Shown here in pieces: positions 37,092 to 50,009 of a DNA stretch of 64,000 nt. The notes beneath the pieces are model-generated. The model saw only the letters and a list, made by a program, of their open reading frames with translations, searched no databases and was not told the DNA's origin. The translations under genes were made by a program, and so were the position numbers. The number at the start of each line of letters is the position of its first letter. Position 1 is the stretch's first letter. The stretch comes from Protoeuglena noctilucae (taxonomy: Eukaryota): contig OY253680.1 of assembly GCA_958009085.1 (NCBI GenBank), forward strand, positions 124,001 through 188,000, read 5' to 3'.

Positions 37092-40000
37092 ATGGAAAGA
37101 GGTGACATCGAGCGCGGTCTTATGTGGCGATTCCCGCTGAGCCCGTCTCTATCAGCCTCCCAGCGTGAGGTGTTCCTTGTTCGCCCCCCGCAGTCGACCC
37201 GCCCTGGCGCGTCGCGCTGCCATTGGAGCCAAGTATATGCACGAGTCGCGAGGATGCGCTGGACCTGCGGCTGCGCCTGTTCGAGCTCCGCGTGGGCGAC
37301 CTCGCGGACTCGCATTCCCCACGCACGCTGGAGGAACCCCGCCCGGCCGATGGAGCGACGCGTGGGCCTCTACGTCGCGCTCTCCGCGCCGTGAGTCTCC
37401 TGGGCCGCGTCGCGTGGACGCTCATCACCCGCGGCGTCGCTCAGAGCATGCCGCGGGTCTGCACGAAAGACTCGCCCGGCGTCAGCGCAGCGACGAACGG
37501 CGCGGCCCTCCTGGCCCACGCTCTGGCGCTCGTCGGGAGCCTCATGAACCGCCTGCGCACCGGGGAGGGGCGCCGGGGCGTGAGTGGTGCGTGGATGGGT
37601 GCGGTGGAGGGTCCCAGGCAGGCGTCCCTCAGCGCAGCGGCGCTGCAAGGCATTGCCTCGCTCGCATGCCGCCGCACGCCCATCGCGGGAGTCGCCGAGG
37701 CTGCCGTGGTTCTGCTATCGATCGGAGTGGGGTATGCTGAGCTGCGGCGCAAGTGCCGAAGTGGCGTGCTGCAGCAGGGAAGGGAGACGGAGGAAGGTGA
37801 GGGGCTGGGGGGTGCGTGCCCGTCACAACTCACATCCGCACTGCCATGGCTATCTTGCGCGCACCCCTGCTGCCTGTTACGACTCGCAAGTCGTAACTCA
37901 CCCCTCGCACCGCCCCCACCCCCGCAGCATGGCGCAAAACGCACCGATGGGCCGCCCGCAAGGCCGCCAAGCATCTCCAGGACCTGCCAGACATGCCGCC
38001 GCTGGGCCCAGTCGTGACACTCCTGGCCCTGGCTTCAGTTGCCGCCCGGCCCAGCGACCCGTTCCATCACCCCACCGGGCCTCAGCTTTCAGTGTCACTA
38101 CCGGCTTGGGCGGTCCTGGCGGCGCTCCGAGGTCACTGGCAAGCCCTGGTGCCACAGACGTCGTACCAAGTGGACCCCGCCTTAGTGCAGGAGGTCTATG
38201 CAGGGCCTGCCGCGCACCTGTACACAGGAGGGGCTGACGCGGTGGCATCAGTGGCTGGTGAGGGTGGCCCTGATAGCAGGGAGGCAGTGGGGGCGTATCA
38301 CCGGGCCGGAATGCGCGCGGAGGGGTCTCAACAAGAGACGCTGAGGGCTCGCGGTAGCTCAGGGGTCTTAGCCTTGGCAAGGGGGCACGCAGAGGGGTGT
38401 GGACATGAGGAGCTCGCGACCCCGGCTCTCTTTGGAGCGGGTGACCACAGTGCTGGGACTGATGCTCATGAGGAGGGTGGCAGTGTGATGGAGAAGCTGC
38501 AGCTCGCGCACCGCGCCATCGTGCTTTGTGCTGTGTTCCTGCCGTTCATGACGCTGGGGATCGTGCTGCTGATTCTGGCGGCCCTCTTGCCGGGGCGGGG
38601 CGATGGGGTGGGTGGTGACGGGGTGCGAAATGGTGGGGTGAATGGTGACGGGGCAGGGGTGTTTGGTAGCAAAGGAAGGGCGGCGACGGTTGGAACTGGG
38701 CTTAAAGCGGAGCGTGGCAGTGGTGGCGAGACCAGCGGGCGGGTCACGGGTGAGGGCTTGGGTGAGGTGCGGGGGTCAGGACTCACCAGGGGCCGCGTCG
38801 GGATGGATTTTGGCAATGTTAAGCGCAAGAAAGGCACCGCGCGTGCGGCGGGGCAGCGTGGGGAGAGGGGAGGGTGCGTTGGCAGCCGGGAACAATCCCC
38901 TGGGTCCCCTGGGGCAGCTGCGATGAGCGGCGGCGCCAGTGTGAGCAGCCCGGCTTCTACAGTCACTTATCATGCACTGCGGGAGTCGACAACGCCTAGC
39001 CGCCCGCGCCGGAGCCTCGGTCACGGGGACGCGGGGACTGCGGTGGGGCATACCCTTACCCATGGATCGCATGCCCCGGGTGTCGTGCGGCATGCGACCA
39101 TCGTCAGCGGCAACCCGACGACCGCCGTGGCATCAACAGCATCGACGTCCTTCCATGTCACGCACGTGGTGCCAGGGCAGGGTGCGTGGACGGTGCCCTG
39201 TCGGGCGCCGCTGCAGGTGGCGGGGGCAGACGTGGCACCGAGCAGGGGTGGGAAGCGGGTGGGGGTGGGGAGAGTGGTGACGAGTGCCGCTCATAACCAC
39301 CACCCCGTGGTGTCACAGATCCGGAGAGTGGATGCGGAGCTTGGGTTTGACCTGGAGGAGTTGGGCCAGGGCGGGGACGGGCGAGAGGGGCAGGGGGTAC
39401 GAGAGGGGGGCGGAGCGGGGTTGCGGGAGAGTGCGATGAGGGCGGCGTGGCGGCTGCTGCTGTGGGGGTGCAAGGGCGCAGGCGAGTGGGATGCGAGGGG
39501 TTTGTGATTGGTAAATGTTGGTGGGGCAACGCAGCTACGCTTGCATGGGGCGCGTTGCACGTGGGCCGGTGTTTGCTGTTGCACATGGCGGTGGCTTCAG
39601 TCGCATTAGCTGGGCTCTACTGCATCTCGCATGGCAGCATGTCTTGCATCCAATGACATTGCTCCCCATTGCTTTTATCACCCCCCTTGTCACGTATCAC
39701 CCAGCCCATCTCTGCAGGGGCGGCGTTCCAGAAGTGGGGCCAGTGGGCCGCCACGCGCGAGGACATCTTCCCCGAGAGTTTCTGCGACGTTCTCTCGGAG
39801 CTCCACGACCAGGCGCCGCAGCACAGCTGGGAACACACCAAGAGACAGGTGCGTTGAGAGCGTCATAGCTGGGGACATAGCAAGGGACAGGTGCGTTATC
39901 TGCATGACAGCTCGGGAGCACAGCCGCACAGCTCGGGGTACATGGCATGCACTGCACCCAACTCTCTTGCATGTATCGTAGCCAACTCTTGTGCCCAACT

Positions 40001-41557
40001 CTCTCGTCTTGCACATACCGTCTCCATCCCTCCCCGCAGGTCGAGGACAGCTTCGGTGTTGCGTTAGACGACCTTTTCGAGTCCTTCTCTCGCGAACCCA
40101 TTGCGTCCGGCAGCATCGCCCAGGTGCATCGCGCCAGACTCGGGAGGGGTCTGGACGGCAGCCCGGGGCCAGAGGTGGCGGTCAAGGTCCGGCACCCCGG
40201 CGTCGCCAGGTGCGGGTGGCTACGGGTTGCGGGTTGTGCATGATTAGATGATGACGTGCTCTTGTTCGCTGTGGTGCTTTAGGCTTGCGGTGCAAGATGT
40301 GGTGTGACCATCCTGACCCATTGATCTGGGCTTGGAGCCCTCATGCGGCCACCTCCTGCCCTCCGTGGCAGCTTGCCCTTGCGGTATCGCAGTGCCGTTG
40401 TCACCGAGCACCTTCCCGTATCCGTGACGTGACCCACTCGTCTGTTCGCCCACCCAGGTGCATCCGCGACGACTTCCGCATCCTTCGTCCCCTGGCCGAC
40501 GCGGCTTCGTCCGTCTGAGCGCTGCGGGGCCTCAACGCCCGTGCCACCGTAGCGCAGTTCTCGGCCACCATGACGGCGCAGACGGACCTGCGCGTCGAGG
40601 CGCTGCACCTCAAGCGCGCCTGCGAGCACTTCAAAGTCGCGCGGGGCTCTGTCGTGATCCCGGAGCCACTCCCGGGCCTCGCCTCAGGTGAGCCCTGCGC
40701 CGATGCCGCCGCCACCGCCACTGCCACTGCTTCTGTTACTGCCACTGCCACTGCCGCTGTTAGCACCATTGCCACTGCCACTGCCACTGCCTTGCTCTTT
40801 GTCCCCGCAGAGGCGGTGCTGGTGGAGACGTTTGAGGCGGGCCACAGCGTCGCGCGGTACATGCGCGAGCGCACGCCCTTCAACACGCGCATCGTGTCAA
40901 TGGGCGTCGACGCGTACCTCAAGATGCTACTCCAGGTGATACGGAGGGAGTTGCATGCAAGCGTTGCTTCAAAGACTGGTCACCCTTCAAAACTCGTCAC
41001 CATATCGAACCTGTCGTGCCCCTGTCCCGCAGGACAATTTCGTGCACACGGACCTCCACCCGGGCAACATCTTGTGCCGGCCGGCGCGGGACGCTGCCGC
41101 AGCGGAGGCCGGGGAGGTGGAGCTGGTGCTGCTGGACTACGGACTTGCGGAAGAGCTCACCGGAGCGGTCCGCCGACACTTCGTGAGTTTCCTGATGTGT
41201 ATCGGGGCGGGAGACGGGCGCGCGGCCACGCGGCACCTGCTGCGGTGGGGCACGGCGCAGCGTTGCGAGGATCGGGAGGCCCTGGAGGCGGACATGGTGC
41301 GGCTGTTCCGGGAGCGATGCGACGTGGAGAAGCCCGGCGGCATCGACGTCGACGCGGTCATGAAGGCCGTGCTGCAGCTATGCCGGAAGCACGGCGTCAC
41401 GATCGACTCGCAGTACGCGGCCCTCGCCATCGGCGTGTGCGTCGTGATGGGCTTCGCGACGAGCCTTGACCCGGACGTCAACCTCATGGACGCGGCCATC
41501 CCCTGCTTCCTCGCCTACAGCCTCACGGGGCGCGTCACTGGCCGTCTGTACATGTGA
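37092..41557 (+). CDS. ABC1/UbiB (aarF-domain) atypical kinase, ADCK2-like; 5' exons uncertain
   Basis: GAAFQKWGQWAATREDIFP, LSELHDQAP, PIASGSIAQVHRA, VAVKVRHPGV, DLRVEA, DNFVHTDLHPGNIL, LLDYGL. TGA at 41555-41557. Confidence 0.88.
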
Positions 41558-41763
41558 CGCCGCGTCGCCGTGTTCCAGGGGGAGCCGGGGTCCGATGGCT
41601 TTGCTCCTTGTATCTGCTAGCTTGACAGTTTACATTGGCATCCATTTTCCCACCATTCTTCTATTCCTCTTCGCCTGGGCATTGAAACCGGGCCCTCTTG
41701 CATGTAGGGTTTTCGAGCACCCCCTCCCTTTCATCGGGAAAACCCGGCGATTTGACGTCACTC

Positions 41764-41882
41764 GGATCAGAAGGATCGCGGGAATCACTGGATTCATCCC
41801 AGTGATCCCCGGGAATCGCCGGGATCATCCCCGTGATCCCGGCGATCCCCGCCACTGCCGCAGTGATCCCAGCGATCCCGGG
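41764..41882. repeat. Left subterminal repeat array (GATCCC / GGGATCA motifs)
   Basis: About 11 GATC-like cores, mostly about 9-10 bp apart, e.g. GGGATCATCCCCGTGATCCCGGCGATCCCC. Confidence 0.85.
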
Positions 41883-42423
41883 CCGCGGCCCTGATGCGCG
41901 TGCGCGCCCCCGCGTTTGCTCAGGGGGCTCGAGAGGAGGCGGAGAGACCGCACATTTGCTAGTTGGTGCTAATGACTGCCTCGGAGGCCCCTCTCGCGTC
42001 CTAAAGCTTGCTCCAGCATGCAGACGGGGGCCGTCGACGCATCCGGGGTCCGCTTCCCCTGCGCCGCCGCTGTTCAACGTGAGATGTCCATATCTATGCG
42101 ATGAGCGGGAGCTCGCGGGCTCGCCGGGCCCCCGGGGGCGCCGGGGAGGTCCCCGTGCTCGACCAGGCCTACCGCCGCCGCGGCCGCGATCGGGCACGCA
42201 GCGCTTGGCCTATGGATTGAGGTGACCTAAATCTCGCTAGCTGCGGCGCCTTTGCCGGCTACGCCGCACGGAGGTGGCTGCTGCATGGGAGGTGAGCCGT
42301 CCCCGCCGTCATGGCGCTGCGGATGGGGGCGCGGGGCTGGCTTCGGAGAATTATCTCGATACAGATGACATCGCCGGCGTCGGGGACCTGGCACCGCGAG
42401 CATCGGGGAGCTCCTGGGGTCAC

Positions 42424-45400
42424 CTACTCCTCGCCGCCGCTGGCGTGGTGCTCCCAGACCTGCTGCACGTGGCCGCAGTGAAGAAGCTTCCCAGCAACTT
42501 TCACGGCGTGAAGCTGCCGCCGAAGGTTGCGGAGGGGCACGCACTTCAGAGCCTCGCCCTCCGCAGGCTCCAGGAGCGACAGCTGGGGAGGCTGCAGCGC
42601 TCCCAGGTTGGTGTAGAACGACAAGCACTGGTTGGACAGGTACCTCAGGTCGCATGGGGCCCTGTGCACCGGGGCCACCAGGGCGCAGAGGAAGGTCCCG
42701 GCACCGGAGCTGGTCTTCGCCTCAACCCCGCACACGACCCTGCCCGTCTGCAGCGTGCCCCTGTCCGGGAGGTACTCGACGAAGGACAGGGTCTCGTCGG
42801 TGGCGACGATCCTGGCCCGGTCCCCGCTGGCCGTCCCGATCTCGACCGTGGAGGTCAGCGCGACCTCGCCCAAGACGTGGCAGGGAAGCCCCGCGCCCTT
42901 GAGGGCGTTCAGGAGGTCCGCCTTAGAAACGAAGTCTTCCGCGCGTCCCTCGCTGCACAGGTCGTTCTTCTTCAGGACGGTCTTCACGCCCTTCACTTGG
43001 TCCTCGGGCTGGGACGGGACCGGCTGCTCCGCCCTCGCCCGGCTCTTGATGACGGAGGCCGCCCTCTGAGAGATGACGCTGGTGCTCGCCTGCGACAGGG
43101 CTCGGGGGTCAGTCCAGCGCGGCTCAGCATGGCACGCGGGTCGAGCGCCGTGCGACCGCATCGAGACGTGTGAGTCGCAAGAAACGCGTCCTGCGTGGGC
43201 TTCCCCGCGTCGCCTACGCTGGGCGGCGCTTCTTGCCTGTACCTGCACGTCGCCCTTGCCGTTCGTGCGCGCGTTGGCAATGGGCTTGTGCATGCGCTCG
43301 GCGTCGTTCATGCTGCCCAACATGATGGAGCCGTTCCTCGCCACCACTGCAGGGAAATGCGAAAGCGCGTGGCACTTCTGGCTGTTCTCGATCTTGCTGA
43401 AGAGGGGCTTCTCCGTGCGGACGATTTCGTGGCCACGCAGCAGCGTCTTGAGCACGACCTGCGGCGACACGGCAGCGACAAGGCTTCCAGAGTGAGTAAG
43501 GGGCAGCGAACGATGGGGCTGGTGTTGGAGAAGGCCTCACGTGGAGGACCTTATTCAGCTGCGCGTCCGCCGCCTGCGCCCCTGCGATGGTGGCGCTCTC
43601 CAGGGACCATTCGGCATAGAGATGAAGGCATGCCAGGGCTACGGCCACGAGCCCAACCCTCTCGTCGTGCACGTCTTTGCTGCCCGTAGGCTCTGCAAGG
43701 GATGTGGTGGTGGGGAAACACTCCCGGGGTTCCCCGGCCCGCATCGCGATACCCGCAGCTCCTCCCGATGCCCTCGCAGCGCTGACTGTCGGCCTCGCCT
43801 CGAGAGAAGAGCTCGACGAGGGCGAAAGGCAGAGCTTGGATCAAGAACCTCGCCTCGTACGCCTTTATCTTCCCAAACGGGTCCACGAGGCTCAGCACGA
43901 TCTGGAAGGTCTCGCCCCACGGACGGGCGTGGATCCATGCCGGGGCCTGCGCTCCACCCACACGACGATGGACATGCCAGGTGAATACCGAGCAGCTGCG
44001 GCGCCACTGCAGGCAACGCACGCCATTGCCTGACCTGCAGCTCACCTTGGCATCCGCAATGATCGATGCGAACGCAGCCAAGAGGGCGTTTGCCTTTGTC
44101 GCAGACTCTCCCGCTGCCGCGTTGTTGTAGAGGACGGTCAGTATGCAGAAGGGAACAGTCTTGCCCAACATTCCCAGTTCCACGGTGTGCATGGGGTCAG
44201 GTGCTTGGCCCTGATACAAGTCCGACCCGAACTCGTCCCAGTACGACAGGGCAGGAACCACAGGATGAATTTTGCTCTCCCTGGCTTGTTCGTTGGCCCT
44301 GGCCGTCCCCACGTCCCTCCTCAAGCGCAGGATGTGCTGCACCTGGAGGCGATGCAGCGCGACGGTGCGAGGCGTGCGGCAGTCATCCTGGAGGCACAGC
44401 GGGCACGACCTGACGGCCAGCGTGGACGAGTTGGCCATCATGTCGTTCAGCTGCGCCGCCAAGACGGGAAAGACGATGACTCTCCCGACGTCGGGGAGGG
44501 TCATCCACACCCCACCGGACCTCGCCACGCCAATCAGCTGCCGGTCCACGGCAGCCAGCCGCCGCTGGATGGCCTCTCTGTTGTTCAGGTCTGCCTGTGA
44601 CCCCGGAGTGATCCCGGACACCTGCGGGGGCCTCGAGCGACAACTCATACACGCGGCGTGGTGGTGGACGTGTGGGCTGCAACGCCGGCAATCCTCCTCT
44701 CGCCTTCATGGACTCGACGGTGGCCACGGTTCGCGGCGTCCCTGTCCTCACGGCCTTGCAAGGCGACAGGAGGTGCATGTGGATGGGCGTCGTCGATGCG
44801 CCCTTGGTCATCTCCACCCCGTCGATGCTGTACGCGACGGGCACGAGGAGCAGCCGGGCGTGCAGCTCGGGGCGGACTTTGCCAGCGACAGCCTCGGCTA
44901 TGTCGCTATACCCCTTCGCCCGGGAGAAGGTGAGCTTCTCGTGGATGCTGGGATGCGTCTCATGTGGTCTCGCCCGCGCCTGGCGTGACCGTTCCCGTGC
45001 CTCGCTGAAGTCTCGCATCAACTTAACGAGCGTCTTGGGCTTGATCTGCTCCGCGTGCACCAGCATGTCCCTCAGCACCGTTATCGTTTGGTAGATGATG
45101 GTTGTGCTGCCCTCCTCTTGCAAAACCTGCAGGCCGTGCGTGCACTGGTTGGCGTCAGCCCCCTCGGCCGCGTCCGAGGCCCTCGACACAAGCGGCACCG
45201 CGGCGTGACGCACCTCGTACTGGCCATGGATGCTGTTGAGTGAGGTGTGGAACGTGCGGTGGGAGCGCCCGAGGTCGAGAAGGTCGTCGCGGATGTCGGG
45301 GCGCAGCTTCACGAAGCAATCGAAATGCGCTGCCGTCAGCGATGCCATGAACTGCGCCCCTGCTTCAAGTTGGCTCAGGTACTCATCGTCACTGTCCCTG

Positions 45401-45927
45401 CTCCTGGCCCGCCATGCCTCCAGGTCCTCCGGCAGCTTCAGCGGTTCGTACTCCCCGGGCGCAGGAAGGCAGGAGACTCCAGGAGCGTCCTCTTTGGGCG
45501 CATCATGCGCTCCGGCGCTCTCGGGCGGTTCACCCCTCTCCGAGTCAATGTCCACGTCTATGTCCACGTCCGTGTCGGCGTAGTGGAGCCACGCGAGTCC
45601 TACATCTTCGCTCTCGCCATCACTGCCCGCAGCAACGTCCGCCGTCCCGTCTTCCTCCCGCAGTTCTTGGTCTGGTCCCGCGCTGGCGCTGTCGCGTGCC
45701 AGCCCGTCCGAGCCTCGCAGAGACGGAGAGACATAGTGTTCGTGTGGGGCGGCGGGGCGGGGTGCTTCCTGGCGGCTCTCCTCGCCATATCTCCAGCCCC
45801 ACAGCGCAGGGCATCTTTGCTGATGCCGGGCGAGCTTGGCCGGGGTATCGAATTGCGTTCCACACGCGTCGCATTCGAGCATGGTGAGCTGCAGCGCAGG
45901 TTGCGATGCAGGGTTCAAGGCGGGCAT
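42424..45927 (-). CDS. Plavaka-type DDE transposase with N-terminal zinc finger (spliced)
   Basis: CDACGTQFDTPAKLARHQQRC; VAYSIDG; GRVIVFPVLAAQLNDMM..SCPLC; PDPMHTVELGMLG; QKCHALSHFP..NGS..NDAERMHK..RTNGK. The motif order matches Plavaka/CACTA transposases as I recall them. No stops were seen within the inferred exons. Confidence 0.78.
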
Positions 45928-47142
45928 GGTGAGGGCGTGGAAGCGGAGGTGAGGAAAGTCCAGCGCGCGCTCTGTGGGTCAGGCAGGCTCAGGGGTCGTC
46001 AGTCCTCCAGGCAAGCGGGGGTGGATTGCAGGGCTGCAGCGACAGCACCGCGCACAGGCGAGGCTCGGCGCTGCTGGTGCGAACAGCGCTGGATCATCGT
46101 CCCTCTCTAGGGTGAGAGTGCAGCCTGCTGCTGAGCCATCTGCGAGGTGTGCTGACGTGGCTGGGGAGGGGAGGGGCCAGCTCCCGTGAGGTGAGATGCA
46201 GCATACGCATGACTAGATCAGGTCGGACATTGTCGCTGTCCCCGAGGTGCGCGGTTGGTCTGCTGCGCTACCGGTGGGGTCTGCGACACGGTCAGGTGTG
46301 CAAGGGGGGGTTGGTTGGCTGGGAGGGACGAAGGGCTGGTCCGCCAGCGTGGTATCTCTGTACTTGCTGACTGTACCTGGCACCGTGCCTGCACTCTCTC
46401 ACCCCGAGACTGACTCTAACTTCGCCTAACAAGCACGCAGGCGCACGTGCCACCTCGTCCCAAGTTCCGGCGCTGGTCGGGTGCTGGCCGGGCCCGCCAT
46501 GGCTCGTCCGCCGACCCATGCCCCTTGTCTGTCGTCTGGCGTCCGCGGCGCCCCGCAGCGGTGGTCATCGACTCCTGGGGCGGCCGTCGGCACGGCGGAG
46601 TCGCGCACGCCACCATCTCCCGAGTGCCTGGCCCGAGTGCCGGAGCGCCGCTCCCCGATGGAGCGGCAGCGTCCGGAACAAGCGGTCGGTGCCTCTGGCG
46701 GTGGTCGCTGCGCGCTCCCGTCGCGCCTGCGGCCGCCCGAGTCCGGCTGCATGTGCGTGCATGAGTGCGTTGCCTAGAGCGTCACGGATGGTCATGTAAC
46801 CTCGGCGTAGGGATTGAAATACCAATAGCTACGCTAGGGAGCGATTACGGGCCGAACGGAGCCCCCCGGGCCGCGCGGGCCCCGGAGCGCGCGTGCCCAA
46901 AAGATGCGTCCGATCGCGATCAAGATAGGTCTGATCGCGGCCGAGAAGGAAGATAGGCGGCGGGATAGCCTCGGCTAACGCTTCCGGCGCCGCTGCGCTC
47001 CCGAGTGGGCCCCGCTCCCCGCGATCCCCGACCACGACGAAATGCCACGAAACTGCTCCCAGCGGCCTCTCGCATCCCGGGTGCGCCGTGGCCGTAACCG
47101 CGCCGCGTAAAACGGCCTCCCCAGGGAGATCGGGCGCGCGGC

Positions 47143-47273
47143 TGGAATCACTGGGCTCAATGAGGGTTTACATTACAGTCTGTGTCGTCAGTGGGATCAC
47201 TGGGATGATCCCTCTGATACCCCGGGATCAGCGGGATGATCCCCACGATTCCTGGGTATCACGGGGATGATCC
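47143..47273. repeat. Right subterminal repeat array (inverse of the left array)
   Basis: GGGATCACTGGGATGATCCC, GGGATCAGCGGGATGATCCC and GGGTATCACGGGGATGATCC are near reverse complements of the left-array unit. Confidence 0.85.
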
Positions 47274-47452
47274 TACTGACGCCAGACTCGCGGTTTTCCC
47301 GATGTTGAATCCTTCGCTGGTCAAGGCGGCCGATGCATCGAGCTTTCGCGTCTGGAGACGGCAGCGCCTGCCATCGCTTGCCATCGCGGGCCCTCGTCGC
47401 TTCCCCGCGTTCCTGAGGGCGCCTTGCGCGACGCCGGCCGTCGCCGCCGACG

Positions 47453-50009
47453 ATGGCGGACGTGGAGGGGCCCCTTGAGGGCAGGGATGTGGGCATGGGC
47501 GTGACGGGGCACCTGTACTACCCGCACGACCCCCAGGCCTACCTCCAGTTCAGCTTCCACCCCAATGCGCCCTTCACGGGCAGCGCTCTCAAGTGGCGCT
47601 CTTACGTCTACGACGACGGCACCACGTGAGTGACGCTGCGGCCCCCGCGCTGCCCGAGAGGCCGAGGGGGAGGGTCGAGCCGGGCGGCGACCGATGCGAT
47701 GGCACGTTGCTGCGTGCGCCGCGCATCTGTTTGCTGATTGGTCTTTCGGGGACCTGGGTTCGCTCGCCGCGGACGTCCAGCAGCCCCGGGATGCGGTCGG
47801 CCACCACTATCCGTTCCCGGTCGCGGGCGGGGGGTCCCGGGGCCCCCGCCGCGCCCCTCGATAGCGCGAGGGTATCGGTTGTCCCTCATAGCCCGCGTAT
47901 ATGCGCCCCGTCCCTCATATGTCATCGGGAAGCGCCGAAAGAAGCGCAGGGGGCCTGCCCGCGTGGCGCGTGGCCCCCCGCGAAGAAAGCGCGCGAGAAC
48001 GTCCCGCGCCCGAGCGCTTTCCGCCTTGCGCACGCATCAATCGCGCGCTCGGCCTCCCGCGCGGTCGCCACACGCCCGCCCCGCCTGCGTCGCCCGCAGC
48101 TACGAGGGCCTGATGAAGGACGAGATTCCGCACGGCCGGGGCGTGATGACGGTCGGGAAAGGCGAGCTTGGCGCCGGGGGCCTCGCGGACCAGAAGTACG
48201 GCGACCGCTACGAGGGCGAGTTCATGGCGGGGTTCGCGATGGGCATGGGTCAGTACACGGCGGGGGATGGGACGCTCTATCGCGGCGAGTTCATGTTTGG
48301 CAAGAAGGACGGCTGCGGCGTGCTCTCGGACCTCTCGCCCTTCTACAAGAGGCTCTCCAAAGGGGTCGACCCGCAGGTGGGCGGCGACTGGGGCTGTGTG
48401 TTGCGCGGTACACTGTACGGTGCATGGGGCTGGTGCAGGCCCAGTTGCCAAGACCTTGGCCTGGACGCAGCGGGTGCTGGAGAAGTACGCGTATGGTATG
48501 AAATACATGAAATATTACCTGGTTTCTTACATAATCCGCACGATCCGCAGAAGGCGTGGAAGGCGTCTCAGGAGGAGATTGAGAAGGGGAGCGTCTACGG
48601 TACTTGGATTAAGGACTCATATGTGGGCGGACCCGACGAGTCCGGTCAGCTGTGCCACATGGAGGAGATCAAGGGGACCCTTGAGGAGGTGGAGGAGGTG
48701 GTGGCGAGGGCCAGGATGTTCAAATGGAAGCCGGACGGCGACGTCGGCCCCTGGCTCATGCGCGACGGCGGGGAGGTGCCCGCCCAGATGCAGCAGCACC
48801 CGCTGCACTACCCCTTCAACACGGGCTTCCTGATGCCCGGACCAGCCGGGAACGCCTTCGCGATCCCTGACGACGCGTCCCTGAGGAGGGAGATGGCGAC
48901 GGCCGCACAGAACCATTTGAACATCTTCCGGAGCAAGAACCTGCAGAAGGATCCGGAGCCGGGGTCCGTCCAGGCGAGTCGAGGGCGGGGGTTGGGGGGG
49001 GAGGTGTGTTAGCAGGGTGGTAGTGCAGGGTGGGGTGTTAGTGCGGTGCGGGGTTCAGTGCGGCATTGACTGTGGCTGTGGTATAGTACATGTGGTCAGT
49101 TCGATGCAATCCACTTTCGCACCAAACCGTGCTGTGCTTACCACCCCCTTTCCAGGACAAGGCCGACAAGCTGTGGGCCAAGGAGCTGAAGAAGATCGAG
49201 GACGAGAAGAAGAGGCGGGCGGAGATCGAGCGGCGGCGCATCCGGCAGATGGAGATCGCAAAGGGATTGGAGGCGACGGGTAGCAAGGGTGGCGAGGGGG
49301 CGGCTAAGACGGGTAGCAAGGGTGGTGAGGGGGCGGCTAAGACCGGGAAGGGATCCGGGAAGGCTGGGGGCAAGAGCGGAGGCGGGTCGGATGCGGGCGG
49401 GGAGGGGCAGCGGGTGGCGGGGAAGGGTGCAGGGGCGAAGGGCGGTGCTTCGGGTGCGGGTAGCAAGGGTGCGGGTGGCAAGGGGCAGGGCGCGCAGCCC
49501 GGGGCGCGAAAGCCGGGGAGTCAGGACGCGCCGGGGGGCAAGCGGCCTCAGGTGGTGTCCGACAGCGATGACGAGGTGCGTGGGGTGGTGTGTGCGTGGG
49601 GGTTGTTGTGGTGTGTGGGGTGCTTGGTGCAGCGTGGTGTATGCGGCTTGTAATGGTGGTAAATGTTGATGTTAAATCACACGTTCCATTCACCTCTCCT
49701 CACCTCCACTCACCTCCCCCTTCCCCGTTGCAGGACAGCTCCGGCTCTGACTACGATGAGGACGACCTGGTGGCATCCGTCCCAATGGAAAGCGAAAATG
49801 ACGATACCAACTCGATTAATAATATCAATGGCCAGTCGCAGCACGGTGCCGGGGTGCACGGCGGGCGTGGGAGCGGGTTCGGGGGCGGGAGTGCGTTTGG
49901 GTCTGTGACGCTGGGGCTGAGCCGGGCGGTGCGGGCGACCCACCGGGCCTGGGAGAGGATGGCCAAGCGGGCGCAGCGCATGCCGAAGTGGGGGCAGGCG
50001 AAGCACTGA
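47453..50009 (+). CDS. TIC100: MORN-repeat chloroplast translocon component, TIC100-like
   Basis: YVYDDGTT|YEGLMKDEIPHGRGVM, RYEGEFMAGFAMGMGQY, YRGEFMFGKKDGCG (MORN), then VARARMFKWKPDG..QHPLHY..LMPG, resembling the TIC100 conserved block. A Gly/Lys-rich tail follows. Confidence 0.72.

Larger units (their letters stand above)
41732..47304 (-). mobile_element. TIR DNA transposon of the CMC/CACTA-related (Plavaka-type) group, 5573 bp
   Basis: The outer 13 bp are perfectly inverted (CATCGGGAAAACC ... GGTTTTCCCGATG), extending imperfectly to about 38 bp. TT directly flanks both ends, both ends have GATC-based subterminal arrays, and an internal transposase gene is present. Confidence 0.88.

Noticed and set aside
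40705..40790. (GCCACT)n Ala/Thr tract read in frame in the ABC1 ORF
   Set aside because: Lies between a GTGAG donor (40688) and a CCCGCAG acceptor (40810); most likely an intronic microsatellite.
41764..41882. GATC repeats as a CRISPR-like array
   Set aside because: No fixed repeat with unique spacers, no cas genes, and explained as transposon subterminal repeats.
42274..43173. 299-aa plus-strand ORF inside the transposon as a possible cargo or TnpB/Fanzor gene
   Set aside because: Mostly antisense to the last transposase exon; no RuvC or zinc-ribbon motifs seen.
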